From contig NZ_LNTB01000001.1 of the NCBI RefSeq assembly GCF_001462395.1, positions 900,001 to 932,000 on the forward strand: a stretch of 32,000 nt of DNA, read 5' to 3'. Of this stretch, positions 7,132-15,112 are shown in pieces. The notes under the pieces are model-generated. The model was not told where the DNA came from, ran no database searches, and was given only the letters and a program-made list of their open reading frames with translations. Source of the DNA: Pyrodictium occultum (GTDB taxonomy: Archaea > Thermoproteota > Thermoprotei_A > Sulfolobales > Pyrodictiaceae). Position 1 is the first letter of the stretch. Each line of letters opens with the position of its first letter. A program made the position numbers and the translations under genes.

Positions 7132-8667
7132 GTGGTGAAGCGGTGCCGGGGCTGCCTCCGGGTGGCCCTGGTCTACCCATCCGTCTACAGCGCTGCGGTG
7201 GCCAGCCTGGCCTACCAGAACCTCTACTACATGATCAACAGCCTCGACTACGCTGTAGCCGAGAGGTTCGTGGCGGCTTCGACGGCCGGGGAGGAGCCTC
7301 CCCCCAGGAGCCTCGAGACCGGCTCCCCCCTCTCCAGCTTCGACCTCATACTCGCCCCCGTGAGCTACGAGCTAGACTACGTCACCCTCGCCCGCATCCT
7401 CCTGGCCGCCGGCATTGAGCCGCTCCGCCGCAGGAGGGGCGGGAGGGGCCCGCTGGTCGCGGTGGGCGGCCCCGTCCCCAGCATGAACCCTGCCGTGGCG
7501 CTCGGCCTCGCCGACCTGGTGCTGGTCGGGGAAGCAGAGGAGACGGTGCCGAGGCTCCTCGATGCCCTCCACGGCGGGGGCCCAGGCGGCGCCGAGGAGC
7601 TGGCCTGCAGCACTGGCTTCCTGGCCCCCGGCTGCAGCAGCCCCGTCCACAAGGCCGTGGTCGCCAGCCTGGACGAGGCCTTCCACACGACCATCCAGTT
7701 CCGCGTCCCCGGCAGCGGGGAGCCCTGGGGAGAGGCCTACATGGTCGAGGCCAGCAGGGGCTGCCCCCACATGTGCAGGTTCTGCATGGAGGCCCACTTC
7801 CTGCTCCCGGCCAGGCACCGGAGCACCGCGAGGATAAGGAGCCTCGTAGAGGAGGGCGTGGAGGCCAACAAGGTCAACGGGGTGGCCTTCTACTCCCTCA
7901 GCTTCTTCGACCACCCGGGTGCGGACAGGCTCCTCGAGTGGGTCGTCGGGGAGGGGCTGGAGGCCTCGATAGGCAGCCTGAGGGCCGACCAGCTCACCGA
8001 GGACAGGGTGGAGCTGATGAGCAGGGCCGGGCAGAGGGTGGTGACTGTGGCCCCGGAGACGCTCAGCCCTAGGCTGTGCCGCGGCATAGGCAAGTGTATA
8101 CCCCTGGAGAGGGTCGAGGAGATCGCCGAGCTGGCCTGGCGCCGGAGGATGCACGTCAAGCTATACCTCATGCTCGGCCTCCCCGGCGAGAGCGACGGGG
8201 ACGTGGAGGCCTACGCCGAGGCGCTCCGGAGGCTGAGCCGCCGCGCGCCCCCCGCCAGGGAGGCGATACGGGTCAGCGTGAACCCCCTGGTCCCGAAGCC
8301 CTGGACGCCCCTCCAGCGCCACCCCCTCATAGACCGGAGGGTCTACGAGAGGAGGGTTAGGATCCTCCGCCGTGCCCAGAGCAAGGTGCTCAGCGTAGAT
8401 GCTCTCAGCTACCGCTACGCCTACGCCCAGGCGGTGGTGGCGAGGGGCGACGAGAGGGTGGCGGAGCTGCTGGCCGAGTGGGCCCGGCTGGGCGGCAGGC
8501 TGGGCCAGCTATGGACGGCGGCGAGGAGGCTAGGGGTGAGCCTCGACGCCTACACCTCCGGGAAGGGCCCGAGGCCCTGGGAGGAGCTGGTGAGGCCCGG
8601 TTACCCGCCAGCAGCGCTCCAGGCGGCCTACCGGGCGGCGCTCCGGGCGGTGGGGGAGCAGGGCTAG
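7132..8667 (+). CDS. radical SAM protein with an N-terminal B12-binding-like (Rossmann) domain, function unknown
   Basis: This is the 3' part of track ORF 6508..8667. It contains LRVALVYPSVYSAAVASLAYQNLYYMIN...FDLILAPVSYELDY...VAVGGPVPSMNP...VLVGEAEETV, then EASRGCPHMCRFC (CxxxCxxC). The pattern resembles the widespread uncharacterised rSAM family I recall as TIGR03960-like. The start is uncertain: GTG 7132 or 7135, with GAGGG about 12 nt upstream, or GTG 7162. Confidence 0.78.
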   Translation: MVKRCRGCLRVALVYPSVYSAAVASLAYQNLYYMINSLDYAVAERFVAASTAGEEPPPRSLETGSPLSSFDLILAPVSYELDYVTLARILLAAGIEPLRRRRGGRGPLVAVGGPVPSMNPAVALGLADLVLVGEAEETVPRLLDALHGGGPGGAEELACSTGFLAPGCSSPVHKAVVASLDEAFHTTIQFRVPGSGEPWGEAYMVEASRGCPHMCRFCMEAHFLLPARHRSTARIRSLVEEGVEANKVNGVAFYSLSFFDHPGADRLLEWVVGEGLEASIGSLRADQLTEDRVELMSRAGQRVVTVAPETLSPRLCRGIGKCIPLERVEEIAELAWRRRMHVKLYLMLGLPGESDGDVEAYAEALRRLSRRAPPAREAIRVSVNPLVPKPWTPLQRHPLIDRRVYERRVRILRRAQSKVLSVDALSYRYAYAQAVVARGDERVAELLAEWARLGGRLGQLWTAARRLGVSLDAYTSGKGPRPWEELVRPGYPPAALQAAYRAALRAVGEQG

Positions 8668-8728
8668 CCCTCCCAGGGCCGAGGAGCAGCAGCCGTTGCG
8701 GGCCTTCCTCGCCCCCCCCGGGTTCCTG

Positions 8729-9454
8729 TCACGCGTAGCCGAGGCGCTTCAGCAGCGGCTTCAGCTCCTCGAGGTAGGGCCTCGCATACTCCGTCTCGAG
8801 GAACTCGTCCACGCTGCACTTGCCGGTCAGCCTCCCCCTCTCCATGCAGGCTATCGAGTCCCCCAGCTCCAGGGCCTCCACTATGTCGTGGGTCACGTGT
8901 ACTGCTGTGAACCTCAGCTTCTCCCTAAGCTCTCGGATAAAGGCTCTCACCCTGACCCGGTTGCCCGGGTCTATGTTGGCCGTGGGCTCGTCGAGGAGGA
9001 GTAGCCTGGGCTCTACTGCGAGGGCTCTGGCGAGCGCCACGCGCTGCCTCTCGCCGCCGCTCAGCTCCGCGGGCCTGCGGTCGAGGAGATGCTCTATCCC
9101 GAGGACCCCGGCGACCCCCCGCACCCTCCTGTCCACATCCTCCCCGGGGCAGCGGCGGGCCCGGAGGCCGAAGGCAATGTTCTCGTAGACAGTCATGTGG
9201 GGGAAAAGCCCATAATCCTGAGGAACATAGGCGAAGCCCCTCTCCTCTGGGGGGAGGCTGGTGACGTCCCGGCCGTCGACGAGTATCTCGCCCTCAGCGG
9301 GCTTTATGAAGCCGGCGAGGGCGTGTAGCAGGACCGTCTTGCCGACGCCGCTGGCCCCCATTACCACCAGGTACTCCCCCTCCCTCACCTCCAGCCGCGG
9401 TATGGTCAGCGTGAAGCCCCCCAGCTCTACGCGGAGGTTACGCACCGTGATCAT
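8729..9454 (-). CDS. wtpC: tungstate/molybdate ABC transporter ATP-binding protein
   Basis: 241-aa ORF with Walker A GASGVGKT, signature LSGGERQRVALARAL and Walker B LLLLDEP. It overlaps the permease gene by 17 nt, in an operon with wtpB and wtpA. Confidence 0.85.
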   Translation of the reverse strand: MITVRNLRVELGGFTLTIPRLEVREGEYLVVMGASGVGKTVLLHALAGFIKPAEGEILVDGRDVTSLPPEERGFAYVPQDYGLFPHMTVYENIAFGLRARRCPGEDVDRRVRGVAGVLGIEHLLDRRPAELSGGERQRVALARALAVEPRLLLLDEPTANIDPGNRVRVRAFIRELREKLRFTAVHVTHDIVEALELGDSIACMERGRLTGKCSVDEFLETEYARPYLEELKPLLKRLGYA

Positions 9455-10280
9455 GGCGGGTCAGCACCCTTATCGCCGTGAAAGCCGCGATGGAGAGGAG
9501 CACTACGAAGGCTGAGAGGGCTACAGCGTATCTTAGCCCGTAGTTGTTAAACCACTCGTATATCAGCACGTTTATTGTTTTCGGGTAGTACGCCACTATG
9601 AGTATCGCGCCGACCTCGCTCATAGCCCTGGCCCATGACAGGAGGAAGCCCGCGGCGATGTGGGGCAGTATGAGCGGCAGCGTCACCCTCCTGAACACCA
9701 TCCAGGGGCTTGCCCCCAGGCTCCTGGCTACGAGCTCCAGGGAGGCGCCGACCCTCTCGTAGCCCAGCTTCAGCACGTCAACCATCAACGGGAAGGACAC
9801 GAACATCATGCTGGCCACTATGCCCCAGAAGCCGTTCTCCACCTGGAGCCCCAGGGCGGCTGCGAGGCCCCCGAGGAGCCCCCGGCGGCCGTAGGCGAGC
9901 AGGATCATTATACCGGCCACGGCGTGGGGGATTACCAGCGGCACGTCCACCAGGGCCTCGACCAGCCTCTTCCCGGGGAACTCGCTGCGGGCCAGCAGGT
10001 AGCCCAGGGGTATACCGATTACCAGCAGCAGTGTCGAGGATACTAGGGAGGCCTCGAGGGTCCGGAGCAGCGCGGGGTAGGCCTGCCGCGCGTAGGGGGT
10101 GTCGCGGAGCCACACCTTGGCGAATGTCCCAGGGTCCACGCTGACGAGGAGAGCTGCCAGGGGCGCGAGTATGAACAGCATGCCGAGCGAGGAGAAGGCG
10201 GCGAAAACCAGGAGGAGCCTCTCAACCCTCCTGGCCCTGGAGGCTGACAAGGCTCCTAAGCTCCTCCGGCACCCTGCCAT
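9438..10280 (-). CDS. wtpB: tungstate/molybdate ABC transporter permease
   Basis: Track ORF 9438..10298 (-). It is multi-helix hydrophobic with a BPD-type permease core (...SLELVARSLGASPWMVFRRVTLPL...). The start is placed at ATG 10280, a 59-nt overlap with wtpA. ATG 10181 is the alternative. Confidence 0.8.
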   Translation of the reverse strand: MAGCRRSLGALSASRARRVERLLLVFAAFSSLGMLFILAPLAALLVSVDPGTFAKVWLRDTPYARQAYPALLRTLEASLVSSTLLLVIGIPLGYLLARSEFPGKRLVEALVDVPLVIPHAVAGIMILLAYGRRGLLGGLAAALGLQVENGFWGIVASMMFVSFPLMVDVLKLGYERVGASLELVARSLGASPWMVFRRVTLPLILPHIAAGFLLSWARAMSEVGAILIVAYYPKTINVLIYEWFNNYGLRYAVALSAFVVLLSIAAFTAIRVLTRHDHGA

Positions 10281-11283
10281 ACGCGAGGGGCTTCTCAAGG
10301 AAGGGCTGCCCCGCCTCCTCGAACACCTTCCTGCCGTAGGGGCCGAGCAGGAGCCTCAGGAACCTTACCGCCTCCTCGTGGTGCGGCGCGTCATCGAGCA
10401 CGGTTATGCCGTACACTATCGGGGCCATGGCCACTGCCGTCTCCTTGTCAGTCCCCGAGAGTATCCTGACCACCACCCTGCTGTAGAAGCTGCTCTCCCT
10501 GGGGTCTCCCAGGTTGATTGCCCGGGGGAGTCTCAGGTAGTGGAGGTGGTGCTGCACCGCCACGCTGCGGTACTCGAAGGCGTAGTCCAGCTCACCGGCC
10601 TCGAGGAGGGCTATGAGGTCCACGCTCTTGGGCCTCACCACCAGGTTGCTGCCGCTCCTAACCTCGAGGTCCGCGGGGACTACCAGCTCCAGCGTGCCGT
10701 TCTCCATCCTCCTAACCTCTATGTTGGTGTTGTTGGTGAGCAGCCCTAGTATCGATGCGTTATGGTAGTATAGGGAGGCCAGGCCTATCGCGCCCACCGC
10801 CCGGTAGCCGCATGGGTCCTTGTTGGGGTCGGAGAAGCCCCACTTTACATCGCTCCTCGAGAGTATCTCGTACCACTCCTCCGGGTGCTTCTCGAGCAGC
10901 TCGTGGTACTTGGAGTGGTTCGTGTATACTAGTACCAGCTCGTTGCTCGCGAAGGCTATGTACCAGCTCGCGTACCTGGGGACCAGGAACCTGGGTATAA
11001 GCCTGTAGTCTGCCACGGCTATGATGTCGGCCTTCCTCCCCAGGTCGGTTACCTTGCGTATCGCCTCCACGCTGCCGCTAGCCTCTATTATCACGTCCGT
11101 CCCGTGGAGCCTCTTGTACTCCTCCGCCACCTTCTCCAGGGGGATCCTCAGCGAGCCGGCGGTGAATACGACGAGCTCCCCGCCGCTCCCAGCCCCCATG
11201 CGGAGGCTCAGGAGGGCCACGGCGGCCGCAAGGACTATCGCAGCCAATGCGGCCGCTAGCATCAAGCGTCTAGAGCTATGCAA
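10222..11283 (-). CDS. wtpA: tungstate/molybdate-binding protein WtpA (membrane-anchored solute-binding protein)
   Basis: 353-aa ORF with an N-terminal hydrophobic anchor (LMLAAALAAIVLAAAVALL). It also has VVFTAGSL...EASGSVEAIRKV...ADIIAVADY and the WtpA-type FSDPNKDPCGYRAV motif. Confidence 0.9.
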   Translation of the reverse strand: MHSSRRLMLAAALAAIVLAAAVALLSLRMGAGSGGELVVFTAGSLRIPLEKVAEEYKRLHGTDVIIEASGSVEAIRKVTDLGRKADIIAVADYRLIPRFLVPRYASWYIAFASNELVLVYTNHSKYHELLEKHPEEWYEILSRSDVKWGFSDPNKDPCGYRAVGAIGLASLYYHNASILGLLTNNTNIEVRRMENGTLELVVPADLEVRSGSNLVVRPKSVDLIALLEAGELDYAFEYRSVAVQHHLHYLRLPRAINLGDPRESSFYSRVVVRILSGTDKETAVAMAPIVYGITVLDDAPHHEEAVRFLRLLLGPYGRKVFEEAGQPFLEKPLAYGRVPEELRSLVSLQGQEG

Positions 11284-11372
11284 GCCACGCCACCCCGGCG
11301 CTCCTCCTGGCCCGGCGGCTCCCCCAATCCCAATCTATTATATCCCTTCACTCCAATACTAGACCCCCTTCC

Positions 11373-11409
11373 GGGCCTAGGGGTCGGAGGCCCCCAGGGG
11401 CCTAGGGGT
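11373..11409. repeat. direct repeat GGGCCTAGGGGT x2 (25-nt period) in the divergent wtpA / rSAM-AOR spacer
   Basis: GGGCCTAGGGGT occurs at 11373-11384 and 11398-11409. Each copy contains the CCTAGG palindrome. The second copy ends 10 nt before TTG 11420. An A/T block (ctattatat, about 11334-11342) lies upstream. Confidence 0.4.
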
Positions 11410-11419
11410 ATAGGGGGTC

Positions 11420-12811
11420 TTGCCGGAGAGAGTCGCGCTGGTGGCCCGGACGCTCTACGGGGCCCGCAACGCCTTCGCCCACCTGGCCGCGGCGCTGGAG
11501 GATAGCGGGCTGCTGGGCCAGGGCCTGGACCTCTTCTTCGCCGAGGAGGACCCGGTCCCCCTGGCCAGGAGGCTGGAGGAGAAGGGCTACCGCCCCGTGC
11601 TGCTCTACGGGGTCTCCACCCCAGTGTTCCTCGAGCTGATGGATGAGATCGCCGGGGCCGCCTCCCGCTACCCAGTGGTGGCCGGGGGCCCCCACGCGGA
11701 GGGGGCCTACTGGCAGCTCCTCCGCCTCGGCGTCTACGCCGCCGTGGTGGGAGACGGGGAGAACGCTATCGTGGCCCTCGCCGAGCACTTTCTCGGGGAG
11801 CGGGACATATCCGAGGTCCCGAACATAGCCTACATGGAGGGCGGGGGCGTCTTCCGTGTCACGAGGATAGAGCTTGTCGACCTCGACGACTACCGGCCCT
11901 ACAGCAGCCGCTACCAGCTCTACCCGCCTCTGGAGATAATGAGGGGCTGCCCCTACTCCTGCAGGTTCTGCCAGGTCCCCTGGCTCTTCAAGTCCAGGGT
12001 GCGCTTCCGCAGCCCCGGCCGCGCCGTGGAGGCGGCGAGGGCCTACATCGAGGCGGGCAGGAGGAGAATACGCTTCATAGCCCCCATAGGCTTCGCCTAC
12101 ATGTCGCCGCGGCCCGGCGAGCCGAACCCGGAGGCGCTGGAGGAGCTGCTCCGCGGCGTCAGGGAGGCGGGCGGGGAGCCCTACCTGGGCAGCTTCCCCA
12201 GCGAGACCAGGCCCGAGTACGTCACCCCTAAGGCTCTCCGCGTGGTGAAGCGCTACGCCGCCAACCGCAGGGTGTCGGTGGGCCTCCAGTCCGGCAGCGA
12301 CAAGGTGCTCAAGGCCGTTGGCAGGGGCCACACTGTGGAGGAGGCGCTCGAAGCCGTGGAGCTGATACACCGCCACGGGCTCCAGGCGGTGGTGGACATA
12401 ATCTTCGGGCTCCCCGGCGAGGACGAGGAGGCGGTGGAGGCGACCGTGGAGGTCATATACCGTCTGGCCGGCATGGGGGCGAGGCTTCGGCTCCACAGCT
12501 TCCTACCCCTCCCCGGCACCCCTCTCGCCAGGGCCCGGCCGAGGCCGGTGCACCCCCGGTACCGGGAGGCGGTCCGCAGGCTCCTGGGCCGCGGCGTAGT
12601 GGAGGGCGACTGGGAGTGGCAGGAGAAGATAGCCCCGGAGATCTACTGCCTAACAGCCCTCGACCCGGCCCCCACGAGGGAGCCTAGGCCCCTCGAAGAG
12701 GCTAGGGAGACGTGCAGCCGGGCCTGGAGCAGGTGGAGCCGGCTGATGGCAGCCGCGGGCGCCGGGCCAGGGGTGGCTGAATCCCTCTCCAGGGGCCCCC
12801 GCTGCCTCTAG
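11420..12811 (+). CDS. B12-binding-like domain / radical SAM domain protein
   Basis: 463-aa ORF with a TTG start. The N-terminal Rossmann-like part is LLYGVSTPVF...VVAGGPHAEG...VVGDGENAI, followed by EIMRGCPYSCRFC (CxxxCxxC) and GLQSGSDKVL. It resembles the archaeal family I recall as MJ_1487-type (TIGR04013). Its stop lies 54 nt before the AOR start, on the same strand. Confidence 0.85.
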   Translation: MPERVALVARTLYGARNAFAHLAAALEDSGLLGQGLDLFFAEEDPVPLARRLEEKGYRPVLLYGVSTPVFLELMDEIAGAASRYPVVAGGPHAEGAYWQLLRLGVYAAVVGDGENAIVALAEHFLGERDISEVPNIAYMEGGGVFRVTRIELVDLDDYRPYSSRYQLYPPLEIMRGCPYSCRFCQVPWLFKSRVRFRSPGRAVEAARAYIEAGRRRIRFIAPIGFAYMSPRPGEPNPEALEELLRGVREAGGEPYLGSFPSETRPEYVTPKALRVVKRYAANRRVSVGLQSGSDKVLKAVGRGHTVEEALEAVELIHRHGLQAVVDIIFGLPGEDEEAVEATVEVIYRLAGMGARLRLHSFLPLPGTPLARARPRPVHPRYREAVRRLLGRGVVEGDWEWQEKIAPEIYCLTALDPAPTREPRPLEEARETCSRAWSRWSRLMAAAGAGPGVAESLSRGPRCL

Positions 12812-12865
12812 GCGTCCCGGCTATGGGGCCCTCTTTACCCTGGGGCCCCGGGGCTCCACCCCCGG

Positions 12866-14776
12866 GTGTTCCGGCCCGTGCCCGTCCCCGGCTACGCCGG
12901 CAGGATAGCGTTCATAGACCTCTCCAGCGGGAGGGTTGAGACGCGGGAGCTGGGCGAGAGCGAGGCCAGGCTGTTCCTCGGAGGGAAGGGGCTCCTCTAC
13001 CTCCTTGGCTACAGGCTGATCCCGCCGAGCGCCGACCCCCTGGACCCGGCGGCTAACAGGCTCGTCATCGCCGCCGGGGCGCTGGCGACCCACGCGCCCG
13101 GCGCGTCGAAGACCGGGTTCCTGGCCAAGAGCCCGCTGACCGGCATCCTCTGTGACAGCTACGCTGGCCAGGTGTTCGCCGGGAAGCTGCGGATGGCGGG
13201 GTTCGACGCGGTAGTTGTCTACGGTAAGGCCGAGGAACCCGTCTACCTCTACATAGAGGATGGCGGGGTCGAGGTGAGGCCCGCCCGCCACCTCTGGGGT
13301 AGCGGTGCGGTGGAGACAGCTGAGGCCGTGAGGAAGGAGACGAGGCTGGGCGCCAGCGTCGCGGCCATAGGGCCCGCGGGGGAGAGGCTGGTGCGCTACG
13401 CCAACATAATCGTGGACGGGTTCCGCGCCGCCGGCCGCTGCGGGCTGGGAGCAGTAATGGGCTCCATGGGGCTGAAGGCCGTGGCCGTCTGGGGGAGCAG
13501 TGTGCCCGCCAGAGCCAGGCCCGAGGAGTGGAGGAAGCTCTACCTGGAGGTCTACGAGAGGATACGCGGCGACGAGCCCACCAGGGCCTGGGCCCGCTAC
13601 GGCACCAACGACGGCGTCTCGGTCTGCAGCAGGCTGAGCATGTGCCCCGGCTGGCACTGGAGGAGGAACTGGCTCCCCGAGGAGGAGGCCAGGAGGCTGA
13701 GCGGCGACGAGATCCTCTCCCGGGAGGCGCCGAGGAGCGTCTACCGGAGGTACGCCGGCATCCTCTGGGGCTGGGGCTGCCCCGTCAAGTGCAGCAAGCT
13801 CGCCTCCCCGAGGAGGAGGGGCCTGGAGCACATAGTGGTCAAGCCCGAGTACGAGAACCTGGCCATGCTGGGCCTCGCCCCCGGGGTGGTTGACCCCGAC
13901 GAGGTGCTCTACACCGAGTGGCTCATCAACAGCCTGGGGCTGGACAGCATAAGCTTCGGCGAGACAGCCTCCTGGCTCATGGAGCTCTACGAGGAGGGCC
14001 TCGTCTCCCGGGAGGAGCTGGCCGGGCTCACCAGGGAGCCGAGGCACGGCGACCCCGAGGCAGTGCGCGAGCTGGCCCGCCTCGTGGCAGAGCGCCGCGG
14101 GATAGGGGCGGTGCTGGCAGAGGGCGTTGAGAAGGCCTCCAGGATACTGGGCCGCGGCGGCGACCGGGCGGTCCACGTCAAGGGCCTCGAGGCGGCGGCC
14201 TGGGACCCGAGGGGCCGCAGGGGGCTGGTGGTGAGCTACGCAACCGCGGATGTGGGCGCTAGCCACCTCCGCGGCTGGCCCAGCCCCCATCAGCCGCCGA
14301 GCAAGGGCCCTGCCAGGGAGACTGTGGAGAGCATGCTGAGGGACAGGGACTGGAAGGCCCTGCTCGATAGCATGGGGCTCTGCAGCTTCGTGCCCTACCG
14401 GCCCGGGGAGGTGCAGGCCCTCTACAGCGCCGTCACCGGGCTGGACGCCGGGATAGAGGAGCTGATGCTCGTGGGCTGGAGGACGGAGGCGCTGGCGAGG
14501 ATACACGCGGCCCTGGCCGGCAGGGTGCCGGAGGGCGACCGGCCGCCCAAGCGCTGGATGGAGCCGATAAGGGAGGGCCCCCTGAAGGGCGAGAAGGCCG
14601 CGCTGGACTGGAGCGACCTCATGGAGGCGATCCGCGAGTTCTACAGGAGGAGAGGCTACCACGAGGAGTACGGCGTCCCCCTCCCCGAGACGCTGCGCCG
14701 CCTGGGCCTCGACTGGGCGGTGGAGGACGCGGAGAAGGCGCTGGCGGAGGTGGAGAGGCGGAGGAGACCCCTCTAG
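12866..14776 (+). CDS. aldehyde:ferredoxin oxidoreductase family tungstopterin enzyme
   Basis: 636-aa ORF with a GTG start; GTG 12878 is the alternative. Family motifs seen are GRIAFIDLSSGRV, SPLTG, GRCGLGAVMGSMGLKAVAV, KPEYEN, WDPRG, YATADVGASH, DSMGLCSF and DRPPKRW. They align along the whole length with my recollection of P. furiosus AOR. The subfamily (AOR/FOR/GAPOR/WOR) is not assigned. Confidence 0.9.
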   Translation: MFRPVPVPGYAGRIAFIDLSSGRVETRELGESEARLFLGGKGLLYLLGYRLIPPSADPLDPAANRLVIAAGALATHAPGASKTGFLAKSPLTGILCDSYAGQVFAGKLRMAGFDAVVVYGKAEEPVYLYIEDGGVEVRPARHLWGSGAVETAEAVRKETRLGASVAAIGPAGERLVRYANIIVDGFRAAGRCGLGAVMGSMGLKAVAVWGSSVPARARPEEWRKLYLEVYERIRGDEPTRAWARYGTNDGVSVCSRLSMCPGWHWRRNWLPEEEARRLSGDEILSREAPRSVYRRYAGILWGWGCPVKCSKLASPRRRGLEHIVVKPEYENLAMLGLAPGVVDPDEVLYTEWLINSLGLDSISFGETASWLMELYEEGLVSREELAGLTREPRHGDPEAVRELARLVAERRGIGAVLAEGVEKASRILGRGGDRAVHVKGLEAAAWDPRGRRGLVVSYATADVGASHLRGWPSPHQPPSKGPARETVESMLRDRDWKALLDSMGLCSFVPYRPGEVQALYSAVTGLDAGIEELMLVGWRTEALARIHAALAGRVPEGDRPPKRWMEPIREGPLKGEKAALDWSDLMEAIREFYRRRGYHEEYGVPLPETLRRLGLDWAVEDAEKALAEVERRRRPL

Positions 14777-15112
14777 CACGCCGCCCGGGGCTGTGAGGAG
14801 GCTTAGAAGGAGGGAGCCCGGGAGAGGCGGTGACCGGAAGCGGGGAGCCGAGCCCCAGGCGCTACCGTACCCTCCTCTCCGCCGGGCTTCCGCCGCCCCT
14901 GCCCGGTTCCTACCGCCGGCGGCGGTGCAGCCGGAACCCGCGTCGCTGGAGACCCTATCCACGCGACCCCTCATGGAGATACTATAGGTATTTATGGATT
15001 AAAAGATATATATGTATTAATGCAAGAGCAGAGAGAAATGTGGATAAGTTTATTTGAATGCGCTACCAGTCAATCAATATGACGCAACGGGCTAGTAGCT
15101 AGGTGTTAGGCT

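Noticed and set aside
6508-8667. Single 719-aa protein as given in the ORF track
   Set aside because: It is a chimera: the middle of the frameshifted SPASM gene, a junk linker and a separate rSAM gene. In the repaired frame the SPASM gene has its own stop at 7026-7028.
11402-12496. 364-aa ORF on the minus strand
   Set aside because: It is antisense to the B12-like radical SAM gene, which carries CPYSCRFC and other rSAM motifs. The antisense product has no motif of its own.
12821-14974. 717-aa ORF on the minus strand
   Set aside because: It is exactly antisense to the AOR-family gene, whose translation carries clear family motifs along its whole length. The antisense product is R/P/G/A/L-rich low complexity with no recognisable motif. 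Long stop-free antisense frames are expected at about 70% GC.
15020-15082. 20-codon ORF (MQEQREMWISLFECATSQSI) in the A/T-rich spacer before the SQR-like gene
   Set aside because: It has no Shine-Dalgarno match and no G/C third-position bias, and it lies inside the probable promoter region. It is most likely a chance ORF.
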